A stretch of 64,000 bases of DNA from the sequence record DRR723986_1769; one strand, 5' to 3'. The translations under genes and the position numbers were made by a program. Below the pieces are notes generated by a model that saw only the letters and a list, made by a program, of their open reading frames with translations, was not told where the DNA came from and did not search any database. Positions 19,870-29,682 of the stretch are shown one piece after another. How positions within the stretch are numbered: the first letter of the stretch is position 1; the number at the start of each line of letters is the position of its first letter.

Positions 19870-20409
19870 TCAGGCCAATAAGGCAAGAATCAGAAATAGC
19901 GCTGTGCCGGACAAGCTCAGCTGTATGGTGCGTGTTTTCAGCCCTTTTGAGGCAAAGCCCAAATACAAACCACTGAGCATAATCACGACCAGCGCCATCG
20001 AGAACGCAATTTCAAACTGCTTATACAACGTGGGGCCGTGCCCCTTGTGCAGCTCGATTAAAGCGGCAATCAAATCGGGCTTGGCAGCGACAATATGCAG
20101 GCCATCGTCGCGTTGCAACAACTGGTAGAACTGACGGTTGGTCGGACGAGTATCCAGGTTTTCGCCGCGGTGCTTCAAATATTGGAAGTTGCTGTTAAGG
20201 CCCTGCTCTTGGAGTAAGTCGCGCACCTGCTGCTCCAGGTCGGGGCTTTGGGTATCGATCTTTACCGGCACAACGGCTACGGTCTCTTTTTCGACACTGC
20301 CCTTTACACCCAACAGGTAGAGCCCACCTGAGAGCGCCATGATCACCACCATCGGCGCAAAGAACGCGGCTAAATACAGGTGGATATTGATAACTAGCTT
20401 TCTGGACAT
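19870..20409 (-). CDS. Small PepSY-associated TM protein
   Basis: IHLYLA and ELHKGHG motifs, 3 TM helices. Confidence 0.75.
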   Translation of the reverse strand: MSRKLVINIHLYLAAFFAPMVVIMALSGGLYLLGVKGSVEKETVAVVPVKIDTQSPDLEQQVRDLLQEQGLNSNFQYLKHRGENLDTRPTNRQFYQLLQRDDGLHIVAAKPDLIAALIELHKGHGPTLYKQFEIAFSMALVVIMLSGLYLGFASKGLKTRTIQLSLSGTALFLILALLA

Positions 20410-20430
20410 TACTGCACTCCCTTACAACCA

Positions 20431-20459
20431 AAAATGGCATGCCAGAATAGCATGCCATT
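20431..20459 (-). terminator. Hairpin / probable intrinsic terminator
   Basis: AATGGCATGC-N7-GCATGCCATT with a U-run on the minus strand. Confidence 0.55.
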
Positions 20460-20495
20460 GATGTCGGAGTTTGACGCAGCTCTATGACAGGCGCA

Positions 20496-21539
20496 TTAAA
20501 ATGCGTATTGCCAGCCTGCGGTTAGCGTCGAGTCCAGTTCCATTTGCGGGCCGTCCAAGTGCTGGTAAACCGGCTCGCCATATTCCAGCGCCAGCCGGTG
20601 CCCCTTCGCGCCCCCTTTCAGGAACAGGTAATTGAGGCCCAATGAGAGCTCGCTGCGCTCGCCACCCTGCGCATCGGGGTCCGCCGTTGGCACCATCATC
20701 GGATTCAGATCGTCTCGCGCTCCGTCGATATTTCCCCAGGCGCTGTGAGTTACGCGCAGCGAAGCGCTCAACGCCGGAGAGAAGCTGTGCGCCAACCACG
20801 CACTTACTTGGGCGCGATTGCCAAGACGGTAGTCGTTGTCGTTGTAATCACTGCGAATGGTCAACGCCAGCTGGGCGCCCCAGCTTAGTGACGCGTCCTG
20901 ACCGCTGTAGGTCACACCCGGCAGCAGGTCGACGCTGCCACTACCCAGTTGCATGCGGTAGGGCAACTTGGCATTTTTCATTGCTGGCGTGTCATCGCGC
21001 TCGTCAATGCTACCAGTTGGCAAGCTAAGCCCAAGGTTGGCGTGCACTCGATGGGCATTATCGGCAGAGGCATAAAGTGTAACCAACGCCGAGGCCTTCA
21101 CGTCGCCCCAACCACTGCTCTCTGTCGTGAAACGACCACCCATTCGCGTTTGGTGATCCATTTCGTTACTCAGGTAGGGCAGCATAAACATCAGCGTGAC
21201 GTCATCGCTGGGTGCATACATGGCACCAAACATATGCATTTCCATATCCATGCTTAGCGGCGCAACCATATAGGGGCCGGGGTTCATCATCGTGCCGGTA
21301 ATCTCTCGGGCAGAAAGTGAATCACCGCCGTCGAGATTGCCTTCCATCTCCATCGCCATATAGCGGTAGGAGAACATCCACTCACCCGCCTTGTGAGTGT
21401 GGTCACCCATTACCCCAATGGGGCCGTGGGCGGCCGCGCCCATCGACGCCACCGGCACAATGTCGTCGTGCGCAAATACAGGTGTTGAGCTTAAAACTGC
21501 AGCCGACAGTAGCGCCGTGCAAAGAGTAGAGCGGGACAT
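20496..21539 (-). CDS. Outer-membrane beta-barrel 'transporter', His/Met-rich (probable metal uptake)
   Basis: Signal peptide, HGPIGVMGDHTH, MDMEMHM, LSLPTG, terminal YAF. Confidence 0.75.
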   Translation of the reverse strand: MSRSTLCTALLSAAVLSSTPVFAHDDIVPVASMGAAAHGPIGVMGDHTHKAGEWMFSYRYMAMEMEGNLDGGDSLSAREITGTMMNPGPYMVAPLSMDMEMHMFGAMYAPSDDVTLMFMLPYLSNEMDHQTRMGGRFTTESSGWGDVKASALVTLYASADNAHRVHANLGLSLPTGSIDERDDTPAMKNAKLPYRMQLGSGSVDLLPGVTYSGQDASLSWGAQLALTIRSDYNDNDYRLGNRAQVSAWLAHSFSPALSASLRVTHSAWGNIDGARDDLNPMMVPTADPDAQGGERSELSLGLNYLFLKGGAKGHRLALEYGEPVYQHLDGPQMELDSTLTAGWQYAF

Positions 21540-21607
21540 AGAAATTGCCTGTTGTTATGACTAAGCCTAAAGTGGGCTACATGGTAGCAAAATCGCCGCC
21601 ACCCTCT

Positions 21608-21626
21608 CTGCGACAAAATGTCGCAG
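21608..21626. promoter_or_regulatory. RegA/RegR/RoxR-type binding site
   Basis: Perfect inverted repeat CTGCGACA-AAA-TGTCGCAG in the divergent intergenic region; resembles the TGCGRC...GNCGC RegR box. Confidence 0.7.
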
Positions 21627-21681
21627 TCATTCGCCTACATGGCGACAAGCGCTATACTCGCCTCTTTATCTGGAGCGGCCT

Positions 21682-22941
21682 GTGAATTCAGACATCGCCA
21701 ATATGCGCCGACTCTGCGCGATTCGTAGCGTTGTTATCGCCGGGCAGTTCGGTGCCTTGCAGTTCGCCAAATACCAGCTGGGCTGGCTCCTGCCCTACGT
21801 AACACTCGAGCTGCTGCTTGGCGTCATCGCTATTTTTGCCGCCTTTTGCTGGTGGCGCAGCTATCAGCGCTGGCCCGTTACCGACTTAGAATTTTTCGTT
21901 CAGCTGTGCATTGATGTCGCCGGCTTTACCGCCGTTCTGTACCTCTCCGGTGGCAGTAGCAACCCCTTTATCTCTTACCTGTTAGTACCACTATGCATCT
22001 CAGCCACAACACTGCCACTGCGCTACACCTGGGGTCTGGTCATCGTATCGCTACTGGCATATGGGCTACTGCTGTTTTACTTCATCCCGCTGGCGCCCCT
22101 TTCGCCCCACGCCCAGCATATGCACAACGCCCCGGCCATCAATATGCATATGGTCGGCATGTGGATGAACTTCGTGGTCAGCGCCCTGCTTATCAGCTAC
22201 TTCGTATCCGCCATGGCGTCCAGCCTGCGCCAAAAAGAAAACGAGCTCGCCCAGGTGCGTGAACGCCAGCTACAAGACGAACAACTGCTCGCCGTCGCCA
22301 CACTCGCGGCCGGTACGGCGCACGAACTCGGCACGCCGCTAGCCACAATTAAGGTAATTAGCGAAGACTTGCTGGACGAAATAGACGACAACTATGCCGA
22401 CGATGTGGAGGCACTTAGCGAGCAAGTCGACCACTGCAAACAGATTCTCGATAAGTTGGTGAGCACCGCTCGCGACCTGAGTACCCAGCAAGCAGAAGCC
22501 ACAGCAGTGGTTAGCTATATCGACGGCGTTATCGACCGCTGGCAGCTTATGCGCCCCGCCTGCGCTGTCGCCGTGTCCATTGCCGACGACTGCAAGAGCC
22601 TGTCCATCAACTTGGACGGCACCGTCTCGCAGAGTATTCTCAACCTGTTAAACAATGCCGCCGACGCCAGCCCCGACGATGTTGCGCTGGCGGTTCATCG
22701 CGACGACATTCATTTATACATAACGATTTGTGACCGCGGCCCAGGCCTGCCGGGCGCGGAGGGGCGTATTCACCGCGCCTATGTCAGCACCAAAGGAAAG
22801 GGCCTCGGGCTGGGCCTATTGCTCAGCCACGCCACGGCCGAACGCTACGGCGGCCAGCTACAGTGGCAGCGCCGCCCGGAAGGCGGCAGTCGCCTGGAGC
22901 TAAGCCTGCCGCTGGCCGCGATTACTCAGCGAAGCTATTGA
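21682..22941 (+). CDS. RegB/PrrB/RoxS-type sensor histidine kinase
   Basis: GGSSNPF quinone-binding motif, AHELGTPL H-box, conserved Cys (HCKQIL), N/G boxes. Confidence 0.9.
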   Translation: MNSDIANMRRLCAIRSVVIAGQFGALQFAKYQLGWLLPYVTLELLLGVIAIFAAFCWWRSYQRWPVTDLEFFVQLCIDVAGFTAVLYLSGGSSNPFISYLLVPLCISATTLPLRYTWGLVIVSLLAYGLLLFYFIPLAPLSPHAQHMHNAPAINMHMVGMWMNFVVSALLISYFVSAMASSLRQKENELAQVRERQLQDEQLLAVATLAAGTAHELGTPLATIKVISEDLLDEIDDNYADDVEALSEQVDHCKQILDKLVSTARDLSTQQAEATAVVSYIDGVIDRWQLMRPACAVAVSIADDCKSLSINLDGTVSQSILNLLNNAADASPDDVALAVHRDDIHLYITICDRGPGLPGAEGRIHRAYVSTKGKGLGLGLLLSHATAERYGGQLQWQRRPEGGSRLELSLPLAAITQRSY

Positions 22942-22952
22942 GGGGATACGCC

Positions 22953-23492
22953 ATGACCGCTAAACGCTTTTTAGTCATTGATGATGACGACGCCTTTTGC
23001 ACCGCCTTGCAACGTTCGCTAACGCGCAAGGGCTATGAGGTAAAGCTGGCGAATAATCTCGATGAGGCCCGCGAATGCTGTCAGCAGTACGTTCCGAATT
23101 ATGCGGTGGTGGACCTGAAAATTGACCAGGAGTCGGGCCTGAACATTATTCCCTATTTGCGCAACCGCTTCCCCGACATACGCATGCTGATGCTGACCGG
23201 CTATTCCAGCATCGCGACCGCAGTGGATGCCATAAAACTGGGTGCAGATAATTATCTGCAGAAGCCCGCTGGCACCGCCGCGATTCTCGCCGCGCTGGAG
23301 GAGAGCTCAAAGCCTGAGCCGGGGCAAGCCCTTCCCCCCAGTAACGCACCGTCGCTGGAGCGCATGACCTGGGAGCATATTCAACAGGCTCTGAAGGATA
23401 ACGATGGCAATATTTCTGCCACGGCGCGGCAGCTGGGAATGCACCGGCGCACCTTGCAGCGAAAACTACAGAAGCGGCCGGTTAAGTCTTAA
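22953..23492 (+). CDS. RegA/PrrA/RoxR-type response regulator
   Basis: LTGYSSIATAV and WEHIQ..L....GNISATARQLGMHRRTLQRKL. Confidence 0.92.
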   Translation: MTAKRFLVIDDDDAFCTALQRSLTRKGYEVKLANNLDEARECCQQYVPNYAVVDLKIDQESGLNIIPYLRNRFPDIRMLMLTGYSSIATAVDAIKLGADNYLQKPAGTAAILAALEESSKPEPGQALPPSNAPSLERMTWEHIQQALKDNDGNISATARQLGMHRRTLQRKLQKRPVKS

Positions 23493-23563
23493 AAGCGGCT
23501 ATACAACTCAGCAACCCCGGGCAACACCCGGGGCAGAGATGCAAGGCCCCGCAGGGCCCAAAA

Positions 23564-26509
23564 TTAATCGCTAACGCTGTTTCCGGCATCGAGTTCGAAG
23601 ATGCGTACATTGCCGCTCACCTCGTTGCCGACAACAATGTAACCCACGCCCTCTTTCAGGAAGCCGGTCAGCCCTTCTGGGCCTACATCGCCCGTTTCGT
23701 TTTGCAGGTCAGCCGCAAAATTGCGATTGTTCACATACTGCACAAACTGCACGCCGTAGGGCGAGGTCACGTCGTACACCGCAATGCCGCCGGTGCGTTC
23801 CAAACCAATAAAGGCATAGACACGCCCCAGGCTGGCGATCAGCGTCAAGCCTTCAGGCTCGGCGCCTTTGTCGTCGCTGCGGGTGTCGCGGTCGTTGGCA
23901 TTGTTGCCCAGCAAAGCGTGGGTCACGCGCAGCAAATCCGCGCCGGAGTCGAAGACTAAGTTGCCCTCTTCATCCCAGATCGCAAAGGACCGCGCACCAA
24001 AGGCACTGATTTCTTCAATGTCGTTGTCAGCATCAGTGTTGCCCGCCTCGCTGCTCACCTTCAAGCGACCAAGTTGGTTGTCGTCAGCGGCTGCATTTGC
24101 ACTGGGGTTTGCCGGGTCGATATCCGGGCCACTCACACCATCGAGGTCACTGGCGCGCAGCTCCTCGGAAAAACCGCCGTAATCGCGGGCATCACCTTCG
24201 TTGGCGGTAACAAAGAAATTCTTACCTGCAAACTGATAGGCCGCGATCGCATCCGGCTGGTACATACCCACCACGCCCGGCCACAGCCCAAAATTAATGC
24301 TGCCGTCGTCGTTAACATCCAGCTCATTGCCCTTCACACCAAAGTCTTTGGTGCCCAGCGCGAAAATCTCGCTGACGGATTTGCTGTCGAAATCGATCAC
24401 CGCTACGGCGTTGTTTTCCTGCAAGCTGACGAAGGCTTTGCTGTTGTTCAGCGCTACGCCTATGTACTCCGGCTCCAAATCCTGGGCGACGCTGGCACCC
24501 GGCCCGAACACCCGCACACCGGCGGGCAATTCGCTGGCGCGCGCACCGCCCGCATTAAATTCGCTGAAACCAATCTGTGTGACTTCCGCGGCATCAACAC
24601 CGTCAGTCAGGTCGATGAGGGTTACGCTGCCTTCGGGGTCGATGCTGTAGTCATCATTGGGCTCGCCTTCATTGGCAACCAGCAAGCGCTGCGCCAGCAG
24701 GTCAAAGGTCAGCATATCCGGCCCGGCACCCACCTCGAACGTGGCCGCCAGGGTAAGGTCTTCAAGGTTGTATAGCGCGGCAATACCGTTTTGCTGACGG
24801 TCGCTGTTTTCAATAGCAACGGCAACGTGTTGTGTGCCCACAGCCACGCTATTGATTGCACCGAGGGTCACACCGCTATCGGTGGCCGCCGCCGCAATAT
24901 CGAGCTGCCCTAACAGCGTAGGCTGCAGTGGCGTTTCAATATCTAACACTTCGACAATGCCAAGCTGGGCATTGACCACAAACAGCTGGTCATTGGTGGT
25001 ATCCACGGCAACAATCTCTGCCGCGCCAGTATCGGGTTGGGCATCGGCACGTTGATAGCTGGCCGACTCGGCATAATCCAGGCTTGGGCGATAGGGCGGC
25101 GTGCTGCTGATAATGAAGCTACCCAGCGGCAGAATGCTGATACGGCTGCGCGCGCCGGCACTGCTTTGGTCATACACGCCATAGCGGTTATCCGACACCA
25201 CGGCAACAAACGCCGAGCTGAGCAGTGCCAGGCCTTCAATATTTTCGCCGAGCGCATCAATACCCGCCGGCAGCGGCATGCTCAAACTGTCAAAGCCCAA
25301 TTGCTTCACGACAAAGGGCGCGTCGCTAACCAGGAACTGCTCTTCCAGACTGGGCGAGGTACTCTCCTGGTCCCACTGACTGCCCAGAATACTGGTCGCA
25401 TTGGCGAGGTTGATTCGGTAATACTTACTCACGTCGCGAGCCTGCTCAACCACCACCAGGCTGTCCACATCCACGGCGGCCGCTTCGGTTACGCGCACCT
25501 CGCTTTGGCTGACAAACTCACCGTTGTCCAGCGCGCCTTTACCATCGTGTTTGGTCGCAAACTGTGAGGGCGTATCCAGGCGATACAGGTATTCACCATC
25601 AACACTGGCAATGCTGCCGTCGTCATTCAACGCCAGTTTAACGATACGCACCACGCGCGAATCGGCTACCGCTGCCACGCTGGGGTTAGCCAGCGGCGCT
25701 TCCATCACAAAGTATAAGAATTCGTTGTCTGGCGTCACGGCCAAGGCTGAAATCCCGCGGTCGACTTGGCGACGAGCAAGAATACCGGGCAGGAAGCCTT
25801 CACTCACGGTGTACCCGGCAGCAACGTAGTCGACGCCACGCCCCTGAGGAACTTCACGGCGCACAATGCGGCCGTCACTTTCCAACAACACCAGGCTGGG
25901 GCCGTATTCATCGGCCACCCAGAAGCGGCCATTATTCAGGCGCACCAGCGCCTCGGGATCGAAGCCATTGGCGCTGGTGCCCAGCTCATTGCCATTGGGG
26001 TCGTAACCCACTTCGCCTGAGCCTTCATTGGGCAGGCCGTTTACATCCGAACCGTTTTGCGTGGAAATACGAATGGTCTCAAGCTTTTCAATGCTGAGCT
26101 TGGTGCCCACGCCGCTGAGTTTCCACTTTTGAATTTGCGGCGCAAACTGTGGCAGGGCGAATACCGTGCCCGCATTTCCGCCACACAAATTCGCTACACC
26201 GATAATTGCCTGGCTCTCCGAACAGTCAAAAGTCGGACCGCGATCGCTTAAGGTGTAGAAAAAATTATTCCCCTCATCGGTCGAGCGAAATGCGCTACTG
26301 CCGATCGACAGGCTGAGATCCAAGCTGGCGCCACCTTGGAATTGCACGCTGCCGAGTGACTCCTCAACAAAAAACTGTCGCGAATTGAGTTCATAGGACA
26401 AGCTGCGGCTGCTGGAGCTACTGTCGCCACTACAGGCAGCCAGGCCGAGTGCGGCCGCGGCAAGCACCGATAGAGTTTTTGCAAAAGCCTTGGTGGATCC
26501 CATCATCAA
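23564..26509 (-). CDS. Lipoprotein: phytase-like esterase domain fused to a choice-of-anchor I (alkaline-phosphatase-associated) domain
   Basis: Lipobox LAAC; SDRGP, DPEAL and DEYGP in the N-half; ANEGEP, DLEPEY, MYQPD, ANEGD and RSDDKGAEPE in the C-half. Confidence 0.8.
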   Translation of the reverse strand: MMMGSTKAFAKTLSVLAAAALGLAACSGDSSSSSRSLSYELNSRQFFVEESLGSVQFQGGASLDLSLSIGSSAFRSTDEGNNFFYTLSDRGPTFDCSESQAIIGVANLCGGNAGTVFALPQFAPQIQKWKLSGVGTKLSIEKLETIRISTQNGSDVNGLPNEGSGEVGYDPNGNELGTSANGFDPEALVRLNNGRFWVADEYGPSLVLLESDGRIVRREVPQGRGVDYVAAGYTVSEGFLPGILARRQVDRGISALAVTPDNEFLYFVMEAPLANPSVAAVADSRVVRIVKLALNDDGSIASVDGEYLYRLDTPSQFATKHDGKGALDNGEFVSQSEVRVTEAAAVDVDSLVVVEQARDVSKYYRINLANATSILGSQWDQESTSPSLEEQFLVSDAPFVVKQLGFDSLSMPLPAGIDALGENIEGLALLSSAFVAVVSDNRYGVYDQSSAGARSRISILPLGSFIISSTPPYRPSLDYAESASYQRADAQPDTGAAEIVAVDTTNDQLFVVNAQLGIVEVLDIETPLQPTLLGQLDIAAAATDSGVTLGAINSVAVGTQHVAVAIENSDRQQNGIAALYNLEDLTLAATFEVGAGPDMLTFDLLAQRLLVANEGEPNDDYSIDPEGSVTLIDLTDGVDAAEVTQIGFSEFNAGGARASELPAGVRVFGPGASVAQDLEPEYIGVALNNSKAFVSLQENNAVAVIDFDSKSVSEIFALGTKDFGVKGNELDVNDDGSINFGLWPGVVGMYQPDAIAAYQFAGKNFFVTANEGDARDYGGFSEELRASDLDGVSGPDIDPANPSANAAADDNQLGRLKVSSEAGNTDADNDIEEISAFGARSFAIWDEEGNLVFDSGADLLRVTHALLGNNANDRDTRSDDKGAEPEGLTLIASLGRVYAFIGLERTGGIAVYDVTSPYGVQFVQYVNNRNFAADLQNETGDVGPEGLTGFLKEGVGYIVVGNEVSGNVRIFELDAGNSVSD

Positions 26510-26586
26510 TACGCCTTAAATCAGAGGAAGGCGCCGCAGCGCCATTTATTCATTACTATTGTTGTTAAGTCACTGCCACGCACAGC

Positions 26587-26611
26587 AAAAGGGGGCCTGC
26601 GCAGCCCCCTT
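26587..26611 (-). terminator. Intrinsic terminator after argG
   Basis: AAGGGGGC-N7-GCCCCCTT stem with a U-run on the minus strand. Confidence 0.7.
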
Positions 26612-26629
26612 ACTCATCCTCGCCCTGCC

Positions 26630-27850
26630 TTACAGTTGCGAGCGGCCTTTGTTCGCCGCGATGCGCAAGCGCAGTGCATTGAGCTTGATAAAGCCTTCGG
26701 CGTCTTTTTGATCATAGGCGCCGGCATCATCTTCAAAGGTGGCAATCGCTTCGTCGAACAAGGAGTTGTCTGACTTGCGACCTACTACGACCACATTGCC
26801 TTTGTAGAGTTTCAGACGCACGGTGCCATTCACAAAGCCCTGCGACTCATCAATGGCAGTTTGCAGCATCCGGCGCTCGGGGCTAAACCAGTAACCGTTG
26901 TAAACCAGCTTGGCGTAGCGCGGCATCAGCTCATCTTTCAGGTGGGCCGCTTCGCGATCCAGCGTGATTGATTCGATAGCGCGGTGGGCCTTGAGCATGA
27001 TGGTGCCGCCCGGTGTTTCGTAACAGCCGCGCGACTTCATACCCACGTAGCGGTTTTCAACCAAGTCCAGACGACCAATACCGTTGGCGCCGCCAAGCTT
27101 ATTCAGGGTCTCAAGCATGGTCGCGGGGCTCAGTGCTTCGCCGTTCAGCGTAACCGGGTCGCCGTTTTGGTAGCCGATCTCGATATAGGTTGGCGTGTCG
27201 GGCGCCGCCTCTGGGCTAACGCTCCAGCGCCACATGTCTTCTTCAGGCTCCCAGTAAGGGTCTTCCAGCTTGCCGCCTTCGTAGGAGATATGCAGAAGGT
27301 TGGCGTCCATAGAATAGGGCGACTTCTTCTTTTTGTTGGAGAAATCCACCGGGATATTGTGGGTCTCACAGTAGGCCATCAGCGTTTCGCGAGAGGTCAG
27401 ATCCCACTCGCGCCAGGGAGCAATCACCTGAATGCCCGGCTTCAGTGAGTACGCGCCCAGCTCGAAGCGTACCTGGTCATTCCCCTTACCTGTGGCACCG
27501 TGCGAAATGGCATCGGCGCCGGTTTCATTGGCGATCTCGATCAGGCGCTTGGCGATCAGCGGGCGGGCAATGGAGGTGCCCAGCAGGTACTCGCCTTCAT
27601 AAATGGCATTGGCGCGGAACATCGGAAACACAAAGTCGCGCACGTATTCTTCGCGCAGATCATCGATGTAGATTTCTTTCACACCCAGCGCCTCAGCCTT
27701 GGCGCGGGCTGGCTCAACCTCTTCACCCTGACCGATGTCAGCAGTAAAGGTCACCACTTCGCAGTCATAGGTTTCCTGAAGCCATCTAACAATGACCGAG
27801 GTGTCCAGGCCGCCAGAATAGGCCAGTACCACCTTGTTGATATCCGACAT
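26630..27850 (-). CDS. argG: Argininosuccinate synthase
   Basis: [39 protein letters not shown]. Confidence 0.97.
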   Translation of the reverse strand: MSDINKVVLAYSGGLDTSVIVRWLQETYDCEVVTFTADIGQGEEVEPARAKAEALGVKEIYIDDLREEYVRDFVFPMFRANAIYEGEYLLGTSIARPLIAKRLIEIANETGADAISHGATGKGNDQVRFELGAYSLKPGIQVIAPWREWDLTSRETLMAYCETHNIPVDFSNKKKKSPYSMDANLLHISYEGGKLEDPYWEPEEDMWRWSVSPEAAPDTPTYIEIGYQNGDPVTLNGEALSPATMLETLNKLGGANGIGRLDLVENRYVGMKSRGCYETPGGTIMLKAHRAIESITLDREAAHLKDELMPRYAKLVYNGYWFSPERRMLQTAIDESQGFVNGTVRLKLYKGNVVVVGRKSDNSLFDEAIATFEDDAGAYDQKDAEGFIKLNALRLRIAANKGRSQL

Positions 27851-28036
27851 AACACACTCCGAAAAACGCCTGCACGCACTTGGGCCGCAGGGTGGGAAAA
27901 AGGCCGCCATTTTAACGCTCTTTGGCCGCTGGTGCCATGCCGCAAGCCCGCTGGGGCAGGAATCATCGCAATAAATGCCCCCGCCTCAGCGCCGCGAACC
28001 GAAATTTAGCGAAAGCCGCGCCCCCTTATATTGGCG

Positions 28037-28951
28037 TTAGTCTTCCACTGACACCGCGGCCAGGAAGTTTTTGTACGCCGTCAGCACCTCATTGGGGGCC
28101 TCCACCTGCGGGTAGTGGCCGATGCGGGGCAGGCGCGCAAGAAAGTCCAAACGACACTCAAGCTGCTGGTAGCGCTGCACCATGTGGTCGCCTGAAACCG
28201 GATCAACCGAGCCATTAATCAGCGCCAGCGGCAGCTCCGCGCGCTGCAATGGCTCCAGCCAACGCTGCCGGTGTTGCTTTCGGTCTCGCATATAGGTGAT
28301 CAGGTTATGGAAGATATGCTTGCCATCATTTTCGTTGATCAACGACCAAAAGGCGTTTAACTCCGTGTCGCTAGGCTGAGTATCCGGGCCGAATACCCGG
28401 CTGAAATTCTTGCGAAATTGGGCAAAGCCCGACAGGCGATTCAGCAGCGGCCCAATCGGCGACAGCAATAATTTCTGCGTTAACAAGGCGCGGTGGGTTT
28501 CCGGGAACAAGCCGCCGTTTAAAAAACAGCCTGACAACCACTGCCCAACGCCACCCTCCTGCTGACGGGCTAGTAGCTCCTGCGCGACGGTGTCACCGTA
28601 ATCGTGGGCCAGTACGTGATAGCGCTGCACACCCAACTCGCTGAGCACGGCCTCCACCAGATCAGCCTGCAAATGGATACTGTAGTCGCGGCGCTTGGGC
28701 TTATCCGAAAAGCCAAATCCCAGCATATCCAAAGTAATCAGGCGGTAGTCCGGGCGCAGCCCTTCCCATAAACCCTGCCAGTCCCAACTGGATGTGGGAA
28801 AGCCGTGAATCAGAAGTATTGTCGGTTGATCAGCCGCGCCGTCATCGCGCACGAACAGGCGGTGGCCCAGCACTGTCAGCATCCGCCCTTGTTCTCGCCA
28901 AAGCTGTTTGCTGGCCTCATTCCACAGTGTTTTATCGTTAGCGGCAGCCAT
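28037..28951 (-). CDS. Alpha/beta hydrolase (MEST/epoxide hydrolase-like)
   Basis: HGFPTSS, AHDYG (Asp nucleophile), GHYPQ. Confidence 0.88.
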   Translation of the reverse strand: MAAANDKTLWNEASKQLWREQGRMLTVLGHRLFVRDDGAADQPTILLIHGFPTSSWDWQGLWEGLRPDYRLITLDMLGFGFSDKPKRRDYSIHLQADLVEAVLSELGVQRYHVLAHDYGDTVAQELLARQQEGGVGQWLSGCFLNGGLFPETHRALLTQKLLLSPIGPLLNRLSGFAQFRKNFSRVFGPDTQPSDTELNAFWSLINENDGKHIFHNLITYMRDRKQHRQRWLEPLQRAELPLALINGSVDPVSGDHMVQRYQQLECRLDFLARLPRIGHYPQVEAPNEVLTAYKNFLAAVSVED

Positions 28952-28997
28952 TATTTCGCCCCTTGTTATTGTTGTTGCAATCACCGTAGCTAAATCC

Positions 28998-29015
28998 GAA
29001 CTTGACGTCTAGTTC
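28998..29015. promoter_or_regulatory. Candidate TetR operator
   Basis: Near-perfect palindrome GAACTTGAC|GTCTAGTTC between the divergent hydrolase and TetR genes. Confidence 0.6.
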
Positions 29016-29070
29016 AATTTATACTGAACTGCCTTTAGTCACCACAACAACACAAGGCTCACTAACACTC

Positions 29071-29661
29071 ATGAAAGCCCTGCCCACACAACAGCGCGCA
29101 CTCGCCAAACGCAATGCACTGATTAGCGCCGCTGAGCACTGCTTTGCCAAACTGGGTTACGAGGGTTGTACGGCAAAAATTGTTGCTGAGCATGCCGAGG
29201 TTGCGACGGGAACCTTCTATCAGTATTTCGACAACAAAGACGACATGCTTCATACGCTGGCCGAGCAGTGGTTTTTCGAGCTCGAGCACACCCTCGATGA
29301 TCACCAGAGCAGCCCGCCCACGACAGACATCGAGGCGCGCCTGGAAAACAGCCTGCGCTTTATCTACGACTTCCACGAACAGAAGCCCGAGCTCCACCAG
29401 ATCTTCGAACACCGCCGCAACGTCGACGGCACGCTCGCCGACATTCTCAACCGCGGCGAAGCCAAACTGCAGCAGCACGTGGTGCAGTTTGTCCACGCGC
29501 TCAAGCTGCCCAATGCCGACCTCGTGGCCTACAACCTCTTTGCGATGGCCGAAGGCGTGGTTCATCGCCATGTATTTTACAGCGAAACAAAACAGGACAA
29601 AGACGCGGTTATTCAGCAGGCAGCCCGAATGCTCGCCAGCTACTTACATCACCCAAGCTAA
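29071..29661 (+). CDS. TetR/AcrR family regulator
   Basis: VAEHAEVATGTFYQYFDNKD HTH. Confidence 0.9.
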   Translation: MKALPTQQRALAKRNALISAAEHCFAKLGYEGCTAKIVAEHAEVATGTFYQYFDNKDDMLHTLAEQWFFELEHTLDDHQSSPPTTDIEARLENSLRFIYDFHEQKPELHQIFEHRRNVDGTLADILNRGEAKLQQHVVQFVHALKLPNADLVAYNLFAMAEGVVHRHVFYSETKQDKDAVIQQAARMLASYLHHPS

Positions 29662-29682
29662 ACCAAAACGGGAATAACAATA

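Noticed and set aside
26563-26584. Possible Pho box upstream of the phytase-like lipoprotein
   Set aside because: Weak match to the CTGTCAT 11-bp repeat and oriented away from the gene.
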